Origin: Haliotis rufescens
Lineage: Eukaryota
NCBI RefSeq assembly: GCF_023055435.1
Contig: NW_025964001.1
Coordinates: 1,674,001 to 1,738,000 of the forward strand
Length of the DNA stretch: 64,000 nt
Direction: 5' to 3'
The notes below the pieces were generated by a model. The model was given only the letters and a program-made list of their open reading frames with translations, did no database searches and was not told the DNA's origin. The position numbers were made by a program, and so were the translations under genes. Below are positions 13,801 to 26,679 of the stretch, one piece after another. Numbering within the stretch: position 1 is the first letter of the stretch; the number at the start of each line of letters is the position of its first letter.

Positions 13801-15939
13801 CTTGTTGAAACAGCTCCCTCTGGCGGTCAATGAATGAAAGAATGATTGTAGCGATTTGCTGTCAAATTTCCCTGAACCACAACCAAGTCAGATCTCGTGG
13901 TGTAGGATATGGCACCCCACGCCATGACACTACCGCCAGCGAATTTGTCGAATTCACGTACACAATGTGGGGCAAAATGCTCATTTCGACGACGATAAAA
14001 CACGTTGTCTTCCATCTCGCTGATTAAGAAGAAATCGTGATTAATCGCTAAACCACACTCGTCTCCAGTTTCTCAAATTCAAAGGCTGTAAGGTATGGCA
14101 CCAACGCAATCGTCGTTGTCGATGGACCTGTTGCAAAACAGGGACGATAACTGGTCTTCTGGGTCGGATTCTAGCCTCGCGAAGATGGTTACTTACAGTC
14201 AGGTCCGATATCCTCCTCAAACCAGGGATGCGTCATGCAGTCTCCGTAACTGTGGCTATGCGATAACGTAGGTGGAACAGTCGAATTTAGCGATAATGTG
14301 CACGGGTGGTAACTCTTGGTCGGCCCGTTCCCGGACGTTCTGCAGTGGAATTGAACTGACTATCTGGTGCTGTGGTGAACGTGGAAGTGGCGTGCCTCTT
14401 TGGATACGTCCTATGGCGATGTTCCGATCGACAGCGCTGACTCGCGGCATTTTCGGACTTGAAAAATGTTGACAGTTGAATAACAAATTATTTCCTAATG
14501 CTTGCCTTTTTATAGCCAATACCACGAGTTACGAATGTCATAACTTGCACATGCATTTTGCTTTACTGTTTTCTTCCATGACATTTTTGAACAAGTGTGA
14601 AAACAATGCCATTTAAGACATTGCAAATCGACAATGGCTGCGTTTTGACGCATCGTTTGTCGAATATCAGACCACCAACATCAATAACATATATTCAACT
14701 TATATACCAGATTGTTTGTGTAGTCAGGTTCAGTGAACTACATACTACCTGTGCGTTTCTTTTATTTTGAAGAGTGTATATTTTGCCACCCAATGGAATC
14801 TGTGCCGTGGGATTATCGAGACTGGTATTATTTCCGGGGTTCTTACAAACGTCGGATAGACTAAAACATTTGTTTGTATCAGAACATGAAAATATGAACG
14901 TCGACGCCGGATAATAACCAATCTCAGTTATCTGACTGATTCTTTTGGGCGTAAAAGACGAAAAAGCAGTGAAAGTTATATGAATGGATCACTGAGAGTC
15001 AATGCTGACATAGTCTTGTTCTTTTGTTGTTGTTTTAGGCGCAATCAAATAAGTTGGTAACATAGTCTTGTTCTTTTGTTGTTGTTTTAGGCGCAATCAA
15101 ATAAGTTGGTAATTGATCGATCTGTCAACTGAAACACTTGTTCGAATAATGGCTTAGGCTGACAACAGATGTAATTTGATGGAGTAAAAACACTAGAATA
15201 CCAATACAGGATTGAAACGAATGTTTTCGAATTTTCGAGTTGTAACGGACACACCAAGGATCATAATCAGGGCGAATTTGGTATTCGGGCCAACTAACAG
15301 CAGATTCTGTCATACCTGAGAGATACTGCATTGTCCATTTGCTGGGGCCTAGATGGTTTTGACACTCGTGTCTTACTTTGATAGGGAATCTTGCAAAATG
15401 GTCTATGAATATGTGCAAAGCTACCACCTACAGCCGGAGAACTCAATTCATTACAACAATAGCCAAAGTCGGGTATGATAGGAAAAGTGCATTGTGGGGA
15501 ACGTGGTTAATTCAGAATGTTTAGTTTTCCTCCAAAATATCAATCGTTGCTTTCTAACATCGTTTTTACCGTGTTATATACCTATATATATATAGCTAGT
15601 TGTTGGATAGCATATTGCGTCAGGTAAGATGTCCTAAACGGATCAATGGTTTAAGCACATTCATTATTAACCAAGCGTAACACTACACACACTCTTTTAT
15701 CTTCTTTCAGGGTGTTTCACATATATGAAAGAGGTCTTCCACGCTACTGGTATGATCGTTGGAAGTCTAAGAACCAGTGTGGGGTGCAGGACAGAGGACC
15801 CCACAGATTTCACCTACAGGCCTTACAGATCCTCTCCTATGTAGTTGGGGCGGGAGTTGTCCTGGCCGGGGGTGTGCTTGTTGCTGAAATCCTGTATAGC
15901 AAAAAATGTTATAAGAGGTACAGAAGCTCACCTTACTAG
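1711..15939 (+). CDS. iGluR/ionotropic receptor (IR)-like gene A, 5'-incomplete, 8 visible exons: 1711-1881, 2195-2380, 3055-3155, 3388-3475, 4464-4776, 5788-6005, 12474-12739, 15711-15939
   Basis: All introns are GT-AG with matching phases; the exons sum to 1572 nt in an open frame (523 aa + stop). Motifs: S1 PPFV...IDLLNELSRRLNF, EPEDGEWG...GKWTGLIGQL, ADLVVAPITVSRSRKEVVDFTVP; M1; pore FGSLMYKG; M3 AAIYSGNLTAF; S2 YAFIGEE, QFAVGLPKNS; M4. Exon lengths 186/101/88/218 are identical to gene B. Confidence 0.88.
2195..2380 (+). CDS. gene A exon (NTD end / S1 start)
   Basis: ttgcag|AAT...GAG|gtaat; IFPKEKYGLHNKSLTVAVLE; 186 nt as in gene B. Confidence 0.82.
3055..3155 (+). CDS. gene A exon (S1)
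   Basis: tttaag|AGT...AG|gtata; SPPFVFRREMNDSVIFSGVSIDLLNELSRRLNF; not in the ORF track. Confidence 0.88.
3388..3475 (+). CDS. gene A exon (S1)
   Basis: aacag|T...AAG|gtagg; YTIVEPEDGEWGILVDGKWTGLIGQLVEK. Confidence 0.9.
4104..4306 (+). mobile_element. Family A headless (bipartite) non-autonomous retroposon
   Basis: Starts CCCGTGAAGATCCGGGGTAGAATAGGTCTTCAG, ends CTGGAATATTGCTGAGTGCGGCGTAAAACAACAAATCAACCAACC; 10-bp TSD AATCTATCAA (4094-4103, 4307-4316). Confidence 0.85.
4464..4776 (+). CDS. gene A exon (S1 end, M1, pore loop)
   Basis: ttgcag|AAA...G|gtttg; KADLVVAPITVSRSRKEVVDF...FGSLMYKG. Confidence 0.92.
5135..5487 (-). mobile_element. tRNA-derived SINE family D (Meta-domain-like body, (CACCT)n tail)
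   Basis: A/B boxes (TGGTCTTGTGG, GGTTCGATCCC) on minus; TSD ACATAGGGG at 5126-5134 and 5488-5496; further copies at about 10267-10475, 31925-32235, 53490-53807, 58965-59092. Confidence 0.85.
5788..6005 (+). CDS. gene A exon (M3, S2 start)
   Basis: tttaag|GT...AGG|gtaag; SRILLCAWLLFTVIIAAIYSGNLTAF. Confidence 0.92.
6724..6950 (-). mobile_element. Family A retroposon, 5'-truncated copy
   Basis: Aligns with 22071-22338 from the tail to the hairpin repeats. Confidence 0.8.
7448..7705 (-). mobile_element. Adjacent SINE fragments (family B tail followed by partial family C)
   Basis: (GAGT)n tails; the body matches 17451-17734. Confidence 0.75.
9100..9620 (-). mobile_element. Possible degenerate Penelope-like RT fragment
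   Basis: Minus strand around 9450-9476 encodes a ...VGTNCA motif resembling the PLE GIPMGTNCAP motif; heavily frameshifted. Confidence 0.3.
9691..10120 (-). mobile_element. Nested family A retroposons (inner copy 9807-10037 inside an older copy)
   Basis: TSD GCAATTGGG at 9798-9806 and 10043-10051; the outer copy resumes after the second TSD. Confidence 0.82.
11671..12430 (+). mobile_element. 5'-truncated LINE 3' end (RTE-X/CR1-like)
   Basis: FKQRVLDCATQDW...CFFCDVLENENHIIFQC C-terminal zinc motif; AATAAA + (CTGT)n tail; TSD CATACGTTTGA at 11660-11670 and 12431-12441. Confidence 0.85.
12474..12739 (+). CDS. gene A exon (S2)
   Basis: ttccag|GAC...GA|gtaagt; DSNRSDYQAIWQGI...GRYAFIGEETYLEMWQAKSCD...QFAVGLPKNS; not in the ORF track. 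Confidence 0.9.
13387..14776 (-). mobile_element. Degenerate Tc1-like DNA transposon in the last intron of gene A
   Basis: TIRs CACTCTTCAAAA..AGAAACGCACAGG and its reverse complement, flanked by TA; fragments MPRVSAVDRNIAIG, GGSVMAWGAIS, DLHPIEHLWDEL. Confidence 0.9.
15008..15111. repeat. Perfect 52-bp tandem duplication
   Basis: ACATAGTCTTGTTCTTTTGTTGTTGTTTTAGGCGCAATCAAATAAGTTGGTA x2. Confidence 0.95.
15711..15939 (+). CDS. gene A last exon (S2 end, M4, C-tail)
   Basis: tttcag|G; VFHIYERGLPRYWYDRW...VVGAGVVLAGGVLVAEIL...stop TAG; AATAAA at 16222. Confidence 0.88.
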
Positions 15940-17399
15940 ATATACTGGTGAGGACGAGTGTAGCCATTTGTATGGGCTTCTCTTAAATGAACTTCCTTGA
16001 CATTCTGTGTGATACTGTTATACGGTGGCATGAACAGATCACATGACCAGTAATCACGTGATCAAATAATTCAATGATAATGTCACAGTGTGACCATTAA
16101 ACCTTGTTAAGATAGTCCCTGTGTTTGAAATATTTAAATAGTATACTGTAATCAAGGTTGTGGGTAATCAGTTATTTGACTGTCCTTCCTTTTCTGTCGG
16201 CCCTTTGTTAGCCAACCATTAAATAAAAAAAAGGCCCCTCCCCATTCCTTAATCCTCATCCAGTAGTTTCTCACTGTGGAAATGTTATATTCATGTCAGG
16301 GTGTTGAAACATGCTATGCAGATCAGTCTAGTGGTGAACTTGTTCCTTTTGATGTTTTGGGATTTGCAAAAGAACAGCATTATTTTGTCATCAATGTACT
16401 GAGGGAATGCAGTGGCAATGAACCACAAACGGGGTATAAGTAGCCTTCCTCGTCAGTACTAACATGTTTAGGTTGAACATTAAACCATTTAGAACTCAAA
16501 ATTGCAGTAGAGGTAAAATAACAGTTTTTGTGTGTCCATTCATCTGTTACAGTTTTGTCCATGTTTTTGTTAAAATGTACATCTTCTAGGCAATACAAAG
16601 CCGATCGTTTGCGCTTGTTTTCGTTTTAGCTTATCATGAATACATGCACAGTTCATTGACGTTACTTCTAATTTAGCATTCATGAATTATTTTTTTTCTC
16701 GTGTAAATTTAATGACTGTCTAGTCTGATCGATTTTTGCCAGGAAATTTTTTACAGTTCCAATTCAACAGTATTGTCTGAGCATAAAGGGTAATTTCTGA
16801 ATGGTTATTGATTGTTTACACACGGATATTTTAACGACAATGTAGCACAGTGAAATGTAATTGGGAGCACGAGCAGAGTAGATATTTGGCGTAAATGTAC
16901 AATAGCAATACTCCCAGACATCCATTAAGTCACAATAACACAGTATGATAGATAATATCAATGGGAAAATAAAATACGACCAAACAAGGAAAAAGGGTGA
17001 AACACAAGCACATAACACTGTGGCTGCTCACGCCTCATTGCCAAGGTCCCTGTCGCTGTAACCGACCTTCGCATTGGGATCACATGCTCTTCTAATATTG
17101 TCGTTTAAGCTAACAACTGGTTGTATTTGCACTTATGTGTCTTAAGAAATGATTTATGCAGTTACAATCGTTGAGATAAATGTTATGTATATGCATTTGT
17201 CAATGGGTTATTGTTAGATATAGGGATTTGTTTTTGAAAGTATAATCTCGTCCTTTATGAGTGATTGTAGTTGGCAATGGGTTATCCATGAATACATATC
17301 GGAAATAATGTCATTTCGATTTACACGTATTTCTGTAGAATTAGATGAGGGGGTCGCGGGCGTTTTGTTCAAAGGACTTCGGTTCCTTCCACTCGGATT

Positions 17400-20300
17400 C
17401 TGATCCAGAGTGTGTTGGTTTCAATGCATAAGTATGTTTCCAAATGTAAAGTGAGTGAGTGAGTGAGTTGGGTTTAACGCCGCTTTTAACAGTATTCCAG
17501 TTATATCGCAGCGTGTCAGCTTAATGTGGGAGGAAAGCCCGAAGTGATGCAGGTCTGAGACGTTTACCACTTCGGTGAAACCCACGAGCACGGGTATGGT
17601 GCTGACAAACCTAGAAACACAATCGGGGCGAACCGGGATTCGAACTCACAATCATAGGTTTCTGGCGTGCCCAAGGGACGCAACTCTGCACAGCGAATCG
17701 CGGCGCCTTAGACGACTGGGCCAGCCGTGCCCCCTCCAAATGTAAAAGTGTCTTGTATAACACATAGCACATTTATGAGAAGAGTGTAGTGTAGAATACC
17801 AGTTTTGTTTATCAAGTCTTGTTTTAAATAATCTGATAAAAATGTTAATATTTCTTGCGAATCCATACAAACCCAAATTGAAATAGAATATGTTTGATAT
17901 GTTTACCCCATGTGACTGCCTGCATCATCAAGAGACTTTAACATTAAAAAACATTGATGAGGTAGCTTATTTCTATCTAGAGTGATCAGTCTACACCAGT
18001 ACTTGACTGCCAATGACATGTATGTAAGCTGAAGTGGAGCTCTACTACATTCACCCAGTACCATACTATTGCATGTACTTTTACCAACTTTCAGGAAATA
18101 TTTGCACATTCTTATCTGAACATTTTCAGTCGTTTTACAATATGTTGTTCCCCAGATTTCTTACCCATAGCACAATATTTTTGTAACCATTGCATCAAAA
18201 ATCCTTAAAAGATCAGTACGATTAATATCACCTCCTCTCTTTTGATACCTGTATATTGCCCTTATGGCTTTATTTGCTTGTGATGCAAGACAGGACTGTG
18301 CTTTAGTCCAAAGTAGTCTGGGTGTAAATACTATACCTAAATATCTATAAAATGACACATGTGAATACATTGATGAAAGAATATTGAAGAATTTCCCATT
18401 TATACCAACATTTTTAAGGCTTGACAGTAATTTATCATGTTTAACAGGATCAAAGGCTTTTGCAAAAAATCAATAAACAAACAGTAGAATCTACCTTTCT
18501 TTTTGCAGGCATATTTCTGGATCATTGCACGGAGTGAAAATATATGATCAGCAGTGGAATAATTTGATCTGGATCCTGCTTGTGTCTCATGAATAATATT
18601 ATTTTGATCACACCACTGTCGTAACCGATTGTTTAAAACAGAAGTGAATATCTTACACATAGTGTCTATCAGTGATATGCCTCTGTAATTGTTGGGGTCA
18701 GCCTTCACACCAGATTTGAATATAATGCTTTCCCCCCAGATATCAGGAAAAGATCCATCTTGGAATATTTGATTAAATATTAATGTAAAGAGAGAAATTG
18801 TGTAAGGTTTTGATGCTTCAAAAGAACTCAGTTGAGATGCCATCTGGTCCTGGAGATTTATTGTTTGCAAGATTATCAATACAGCTAGAGACTTCCTGTT
18901 CAGTAATATCTTGATTTAAAGAAACTGTGTATGGATCCGGTTGTATACATGATTCGGGTTGGCTCGCATCACACGTAACCCCACCGAGATCAACATTCAA
19001 CAGATTAGAAAAGTGTGTGCTCCAGACTTGGGGACTAATTTCCTTACTTACTTACTGGTAGCTCTGCCCTGCTTCAGAATTTGCCAGAATTCTTTAGGAT
19101 TGTCTCTTGCAGCCACAAGTACTTCTTTCTGGGAATAAAAAAACGCATTTTATTTCTTGTTAAACTCAGTTTTGAACTTATTGCGAAATGATCTAAAATG
19201 ACTAAAAGCCAGCCCATGGTCCCTGTGAGCTCTAAGAGCTGCATACTTGTCATGTTTTATTTTGTCTAGTTCTTCATCCCACCATGGGGGCTGTGATTTG
19301 TTGACGTCTGCAGAATAACCTTTATAAGGTTTCTTAGTATGTTCAGCTGCTTGTTGATACAATCTAGTGAGATCTAAAACTGTTCTTTCTATGTCATGAC
19401 TAATACCATTAATTAAATCGTGATGCAAAGTGTCATATAATGAAGTAAACTTTGTACAACAGACCTTACTTCTCTTCAAACAGACCTTACTTCTCTTCAA
19501 ACAGTCTACCATTCATAACATGAATACCAAATGTTCTACATAATTCAGCAAGCCTTTTGCCATACTCATTATGAAAAAGATTATCCCTGCTTGACCTTGG
19601 TAGGTCAAAGTGATCCGAAGGGTAGTCATCAATATCCTTATCAATATAATCAATATTGTCATCTGGTATAAAATCTAGAAAATCTTTCAATCTAGCATTT
19701 AGATAACCCGCTAGAAATATGTGTTTGCCGGGATGGTCAGTCATGATAATATTTATATAATGTTCAAAAGTAGTGATACCATCATATTCACTATTTTCAT
19801 ATATTGGTGAACCTTCTGAGACATAAGTAAAAATCAGAACTGAGTCTCTGTCAATGTGAAGACGGCAAGTAGTAAACAGCAACACTACTGTATTCTCAAA
19901 ATAGTCATATAGTCTACTGATATATTTATCATCCAACCACTTTTCCTTGATAAGAATGGTTACACCGCCACTGTGGCGTCTTAATTCTCACACTGTTTAT
20001 CGAACGAAAAACGGACAGAATGTTTGAGAAATCGTTTTCCGCCTTCACAAAAGATTCACAAAAACAAACAAGGTCATAATTAGCACATAAGTATTTCACC
20101 TGAGAGTGCGGGTTGTCATGTTTTTGTAAACCATCAATATTCCACGACAGAATGTCGAACGTAGGGCCATGGACTTCAGACGGGGTTTCGTTTATGTTCT
20201 TCGGCCAGTGCGACCTTCACCCTGCGTATTTGCGACATTTCCGGGTCCAAACAAAGCACTTGCTCATGTGGTGCCACGCCCACCCACCTTGACAGATGAA

Positions 20301-20940
20301 TGTTGAGATCCTGTTACTCTCACGAGGTCCTTCACTTGTCCGTTCTACATGAAGACCTCACCTTTTTACAATAAGTTTATTTAACCTCATTTTGGGGTTA
20401 TCTCCTGCATCGCGTGCTTTAACAAACCATGGGGAAAGGGCACGTCTGTCGTCTTACGGGTGTTCGATTTTCTTGAAAGTCGCGATCTCGCCTCTTTGTA
20501 TATGTCACTCTTGTCCTTGGATTTAAGGAGTTTTGCTATTATAGGCGAATCCTTCTTTCTTGGATTGAGTCGATGTGCCCGGACAATGACAATATCAGCT
20601 GCGTTTCTCATTTCTAAGGACTCCGATAAAAACTCACGCACCTTTTCTTCCGACAGCTCCCAAGTTTCACCACTTTCACCACTTAATCCATGGAATATTA
20701 GGTTGTCCCTACGGTTTCGACACTCTAGATCTTCAAGTTTATTTTCTATACTTGTCAGTTTCAGTTTGAGTTGTTTATTCTCAGTTTTAAGTAAGTCGTG
20801 TTGCACGTGGAAATCCCGCGCCATGTTGTCCATTATGTGGTTGAGCGATTTGAAGTTCTGGTTCATTGCCTTTATGTCACCTTTAATGTCGTGTAAAAGA
20901 TTAAGAATATCAGTTTTTTCCTTTTCACTCGGTTAGTCAC
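17400..20940 (-). mobile_element. Degenerate near-full-length LINE (RTE-X/CR1-like): ORF1, APE, RT
   Basis: ORF1 coiled coil + RRDNLIFHGL...IVRAHRL; APE LAGYLNAR, GIHVMNGR; RT KSPGPDGI, NYRGISL, QAGSR, YCLFIDF, YLGIVF; many frameshifts; clade assignment uncertain. Confidence 0.85.
17451..17734 (-). mobile_element. tRNA-derived SINE family C (V-domain-like body, (ACTC)n tail)
   Basis: B box GTTCGAATCCC; TSD TCCAAATGTAAA at 17439-17450 and 17735-17746; inserted in the LINE. Confidence 0.88.
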
Positions 20941-20959
20941 TTTGATTTATTCCTAGCGA

Positions 20960-23616
20960 GGGCGAAGGCCTCCCGGCGAAAACTGGTTTTGAATGATTTT
21001 AAGACCATTTTAATGGCCTTAGAGAGCATGTATTCTGAAAAATATATTTTTCAAAAATTAAAAGAAAAGATGAAACACATACCTTGAGAAACTGTATTCA
21101 ATTCAAAGTAATCCATGTCCATCATATATAACAAATCATTGAACAAGATTTGTTGCCAAATAGTCACTTCCAAAGAGACTCTAACAATAAATGATTCACA
21201 GTTTTGATTCACATAACCATGATAACTCTTTCAATCTATTTAAAGCACATTATCAAGACATTTTCAAAATCAAAGAAAAGCAATTTCTGTCATGACACTT
21301 CATTATTTGCACAAATTTTACCAAACAACATTTTCATGAAAGAAACCATCTCATCATACAGAAGGTAGATGAGGGGTTCTTCTCTCTGGAGCAGTACATT
21401 GAGTCGAGTGAAAAGAGGCAATATTGAACTTAAAGGACAAGTACACCTTTGTCATTGGATTATTGAAGTAGCAGACCAGCCTCTTGAATCTTGCATTGCT
21501 TTCTTTACTTGACAAGAAACAGCTGCGGCTAGCTTCAAACAGATGAAGGTTTCTTTCCACTGCTGACTGCAAAGTAAGCCATCTTGTGAACACATGCTTA
21601 ACAACACACTTGTACCCCTGATCACAAAAGCGACATAATTCTGCTAAGGATGATTTTCTTTTGGTGGATTTATCAAACCAATAAAATATGTCAACAACAA
21701 GATCTCTCGTTCAAATGCCTCAGAGGCTTTGGATGCCATGTTATGTAGTAAATGACAACGGCAACCCACAAAATAACACTCATCATTTTTCTTCAAAACT
21801 CTTCATTTTATAGAGTCTCTTTTTCCCATGTTGACACTGGCATTGTCAACCCCAACAGCTACACAGTTAGTCCATGGAATGTCAAATCCTTCTAATGTTT
21901 CATTCATTTTGTTGAAGTTTGCTTCAGCTGTAGCAATTTCTACTCCTTGTGTGCAGCACATGTCCAAGAAATGAAATTCCACACTTGCTGCATTAATGTC
22001 AAAAAATCTTACTGTGAGAGGATTCATCTTTTCTATGCCTGTATCATTAGACCCATCTATGGCAAGGGAGTTGGGTGGTTGATTTGTTGTTTTACGCCGC
22101 ACTCAGCAATATTCCAGCTTTATGACGGCGGTCTACACAATAATCGAGTCTGGACCAGACAATCCAGTGATTGATATCATGAGCATCGATCCACGCAATT
22201 GGGATCGATGACATGCATCAGCCAAGTCAGCGAGCCTGAACACCCGATCCCGTTAGTCGCCTTTCACGACAAGCATAGTCGCCTTTTACGGCAAGCACGG
22301 GTTGCTGAAGACCTATTCTACCCCGGATCTTCACAGGTAAGGGAGAATGTCTGGATCTTCATCTTTTCCACAAGCTGAGCTAAAAAACAAACATAAAATA
22401 CAACACTCCTGGTAAAATATCCATTTCTGTTCAAAGTAAATTCTTACGATCATGGAAATGTTTTTATAGAATTATCTCGGTAAATAAAATCCAGTATTTT
22501 CAATAAAATAATAATAAATAACTTCATTGCTTATAAAATAATCTACTTATACTGCGAAAAGAAGGTGCAATGGCTCCATTCAACATGCATGTTGTCTTGG
22601 TCTTGGCAGATGAATAGTTCTTGGCAATCTTAGAAAAGTGAGAAACAGCATAAATAAAGGAGTACTGTTTAAGTGTATCACATTTGGATATGGAAAATGC
22701 ATTAAACTAAATATCAAATAAAACTTGTGAACATGGAGAGCACTCAAGGAAATTAATACACATGTCCTAATGTACTACACTTAATTACATGGCAAGAAAA
22801 ATGTCCCATCACCAAAAAAAGAAAAACAGAGAAAGAATATGTTGTTATATTTGTACATTATCAGATAATTACAATGCATAGCTGTTTTCATTCAATAACA
22901 TACCATGCAGATCATGCAACGGTTCTGTAAAAAAACCAATACATATAAACAAAAATTAACAGAAAATTAATTTGGCATGAATAGAAAGTAAAATTTTTTT
23001 TTGTAATTTTAGGCTTAAAACTTTCAATCATGTTGATAGATTCCAGTTTTATAAATTCAGAATGAAATTTTACAATAATCAAAATTACATGTTCACATTG
23101 TGTATTCTTGAGAAAAAATGAAGTGATGGACGTTGATGACGATCGTTGTTTGGCTAAATTCGAGTGAAGATCACTTTCAATGTGTCGTTGTACGTCTCGC
23201 AGTCCCATGTGTTTGCAACTCAATGTCCGACTGCATGTAGTGCAGCGAAAATTTATCTTGCTTGAAGAATCAGATACAATACATGGAAACATCTTTGTCC
23301 AGTTGGAATTGAATCTTGTATCGAACTTTGCAGACCCTCGATATTCGTCGTCGCTCATGTTGTATCTCGTGTCAATATGATCAAACATGGCGCGCGCTGA
23401 TTCTGGACTGGTTAATTAGTGTGGCTACAACAAGTAATTGCGCGAAAGGGGCAAGAATGAATCCAGCCTCGCCGTGTTGGTTGCAATCGCGATAAATCGA
23501 AAGAGAAGAGCGTTTCAAAATATTTTTATCTACATTTTATATGAATGCGTGAGAATTTCCCAACCTTGCGTGTGAGCGTGACATAGGTGATAAATGCGTG
23601 AGAGTTGACAGGTATG
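20960..23616 (-). mobile_element. hAT-superfamily DNA transposon remnant, apparently with an intron-split transposase
   Basis: BED-like FRCTTC...HMGLRDVQRHIESDLH; IAKNYSSAKTKTT; SLAIDGSND, GVDNASVN, GCRCHLLH, KHVFTRWLTL; terminus CATACCTGTCAACTCTCACGC at 23616; left end not identified. Confidence 0.8.
22071..22338 (-). mobile_element. Family A retroposon inserted in the hAT transposase
   Basis: Full copy; TSD AAGGGAG at 22064-22070 and 22339-22345. Confidence 0.88.
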
Positions 23617-24850
23617 TCTCAGACACCGAGGCGTCCACAAAAAACTGGAAGTCTGACAACAGATACGTAGTCTATATCACGTACTTTGTGTACCCCTCTG
23701 ACAAGTACAAATTGGCACGGCTCCCATGGCCGAAAGCTACGAACACAATGTGTCATGTAGAAAGTGGTCAAATGTAACAAATGTAATACTTGGGATATCA
23801 CTTTCTTAGTAAAGTACAGAATCTCGTACTTTTTGGGGGGATGAGTCCCGTCCGGGATTCAAACCCAAACTGCCAGAGTGAGGCACCGAATCACCAAAAA
23901 GTACATTTGTACATTTGTTACATTTGACCACTTTTTAAATGGCATTGTGTTCGATTTTTAGGCAGTTTTGTAAATACATTAGGCAGATACTGCCTGTAGG
24001 TTGCGGAGTCGATATATCTCATTATTAATCATTATTTATCCCTAACCGTGTCCCATGCGCAAAAGGTTTGGTGAATAATGCGGTAGGAATTACAGATGAT
24101 AAGCATGTACTGTTTAAGTGAGTGCCTTTCTCAAAGTAGCATGCAATACATGTTCCTGCTGTGGGAACTGCAGTTATAAGATCTGGCATATCTGATGTAT
24201 TGATATTATCAAACTGAGTAATAACCGTCGTGATTAGAGGGTATAACATGAGGCATCTTGGCGTTGGGGATGGGATTGTTATAAATAATTACACATATGG
24301 CGAATCTAATCAGGGCCTTCAGTGTGACGAATGAACTTTGATCATGTTTCTGATCTCCTTCACCTCGTAAGGTTCACCATATTATGATAGCATTTAGCAA
24401 AGTCCCACGATCATGTGACACAGGGTGGCGTCTGTAAACATAAAACGTCAATCCGCCGAAACAGATTCCATTTGGCCAAAGGAGAAAACGTCGTTACTGG
24501 TGGCATCACAGAAAATCAGTGATGCCACCAGGTGTTCGCGAAAAGGGTAAACGTCCTGCCCAACCGGTAGCACCCACCATTCACACAATTTGCATGAGAA
24601 AGCTAGTATTTATTGCCTGACGACGCACACCAGTACTCTTGCCATGCGATGTCAGCCTGTAAAGAACCAGACAATCAAGTGATCATTCAACCAGAAGATT
24701 CAGTGACTGGATAGAACATTTACTGTTTTTTTTCGAAGCAACTAAAAACGTGTACGTTATTTTGATTTAGGTTCAAAAACGTTTATTTGGAATGACATCT
24801 GCTGGGAAGAACAGCTGAGATCCTGCTGCAGAAATATATTCGTTTTGCAA

Positions 24851-24852
<2 letters not shown>

Positions 24853-24901
<49 letters not shown>
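24853..24901. repeat. (GT)n microsatellite
   Basis: About 24 perfect GT units. Confidence 0.98.
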
Positions 24902-24902
<1 letters not shown>

Positions 24903-26679
24903 TTCTCTTTACGTAGCCAATCACCCACATGAATATATTGTAAGAATATATTTCGTCACCAGGAATATCTACAGGGCGGATTTAATGAGGAGCCACGATG
25001 TTCCAACTGGTAGAAGTGTGTCATCAAAGGGCACAACATTGGTCTTTGGCTGACTGTGGCGATAAAACACATTTTGTTAATCTAACTTGTAATGGATGGT
25101 CACGGATCTGTGCTCCAAAGAACTGGGTATCATTAAATAAGAATAAAGTAATAATAGCATCACTAGAAAACGGGTATAAGTTCGCTCTGTGACATCAGAT
25201 TAAGTCAGTACACGATTGAAAACTGCCCCATAATTATGTATGACAGATTTGTGGGGTAGTGCTACATGTATATTGTGAAAACATGGGTATTAAAATGAAG
25301 AACATAACTATTGAAAGTTACTAATAAACGTGTGTAAGTGTTAAATCTCCCATCTCTGTGCAACAGAATAACTAATCTTTAATTTCTGCCGAAACAGATT
25401 CCATTTGGCGTAAAGGGCAAATTAGATGTGAAAATTAAATGAATGATACAGGTGTTCATTAAAAGGGTACCATGGTGGTGCCCAAATCTAGGGCTCAAGT
25501 CAGGAAAGTAGCCGGCCATTCAATCATGCGTATACATTGGCTCAGGTTTGAGGTGAAAGGACGGGTACATAAAGAGAATTGGTTTTCGTCTGTAGATACA
25601 ATGTGACTATGAACACAAGTCTTGGACTTGTGACAAAGGCGACAGGACGTCTCTTAACTCTACCACATCCACAATAATTAGTCCCTTCACATGATAATTC
25701 AATAGAGAACAATGTTGTACACAGATATTACTATCTCCGTACCTAATCAACATCTACAGCTACTGCCAATCAAATAACAGTCCCGTCAGCACATCAGTGT
25801 AATTACACAGTGGGTTTGCACCACGGATGGGCCATTGACATAAAGCTTGTTAAAAGACAAAAGATTTCACCAGATTTGCAGCGGAACCGAGCGGTGGTTA
25901 CCATGGCCTCGCGCCCCTCTCTTCATATCGATGCGAAGGATGTGCGGCCAAATGTGGTCACGAAGACAAGTAGAATTAAGTATACTTTTACCGATGTGTA
26001 TCCTTCTTCAGAAATTAAGAAACAACTCTCATCTCCCTACCCCGTCATTATATTAGAAACAAAGAATATTCTTTCTTAGACTGGCCTAACCTTGAAGAAC
26101 TTCTAAATCAAATATTTGTAGCACCGCACCCTCATTTAGTTCGGAAATTTCTTCATCGAGACGGCTTCATAATATGGTCCTTGATAAAACCCATTCTTTT
26201 TCATATGATTACAATATATTTCATTAACATTTTCACATCATGCAATGCCAGCGAGCGTTGTTCCTGGTGTGTTTAAAGCATTTTGATTGGAAATATGACA
26301 ACAAATTGTATTTAAGATGTCAGGCATCATCTTTGATGAGAAGGGGCTTGGTTGTGATTTTTTGGGCTGTAAGATAGATATCTCGAAAGGGATCTACAAA
26401 TCAACTCAACAAAACTGAGCTCCTCCATTATCACACGTGGTACTGAAAGAAGTTAAACAAATGCAAAAATCAATCCTGTCTTCATTTAATCGTTGCTTCG
26501 CATTCAGTTCTAAACATGGATCAAGAATTACAATAACCAATATAGAGTGAGGAATAAAATCATTACCACTCGACATCAATCATAGTGCAGACAGAAATAT
26601 CATCACCACTTGAACCAAATCAATTATTTTGAAATTCCTTCCACAGACAGTTGTCTTGAATTTGCCTGCCACAACAATA

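Noticed and set aside
15008-15111. Direct repeats as a CRISPR-like array
   Set aside because: Only two adjacent copies, no spacers, eukaryotic context
19459-19504. 21-bp tandem duplication giving the repeated CLKRSKV peptide
   Set aside because: A mutation within a dead LINE, not a protein repeat
20460-20936. 158-aa plus-strand ORF and similar antisense ORFs over LINE or Tc1 coding regions
   Set aside because: Shadow frames of the opposite-strand transposon ORFs
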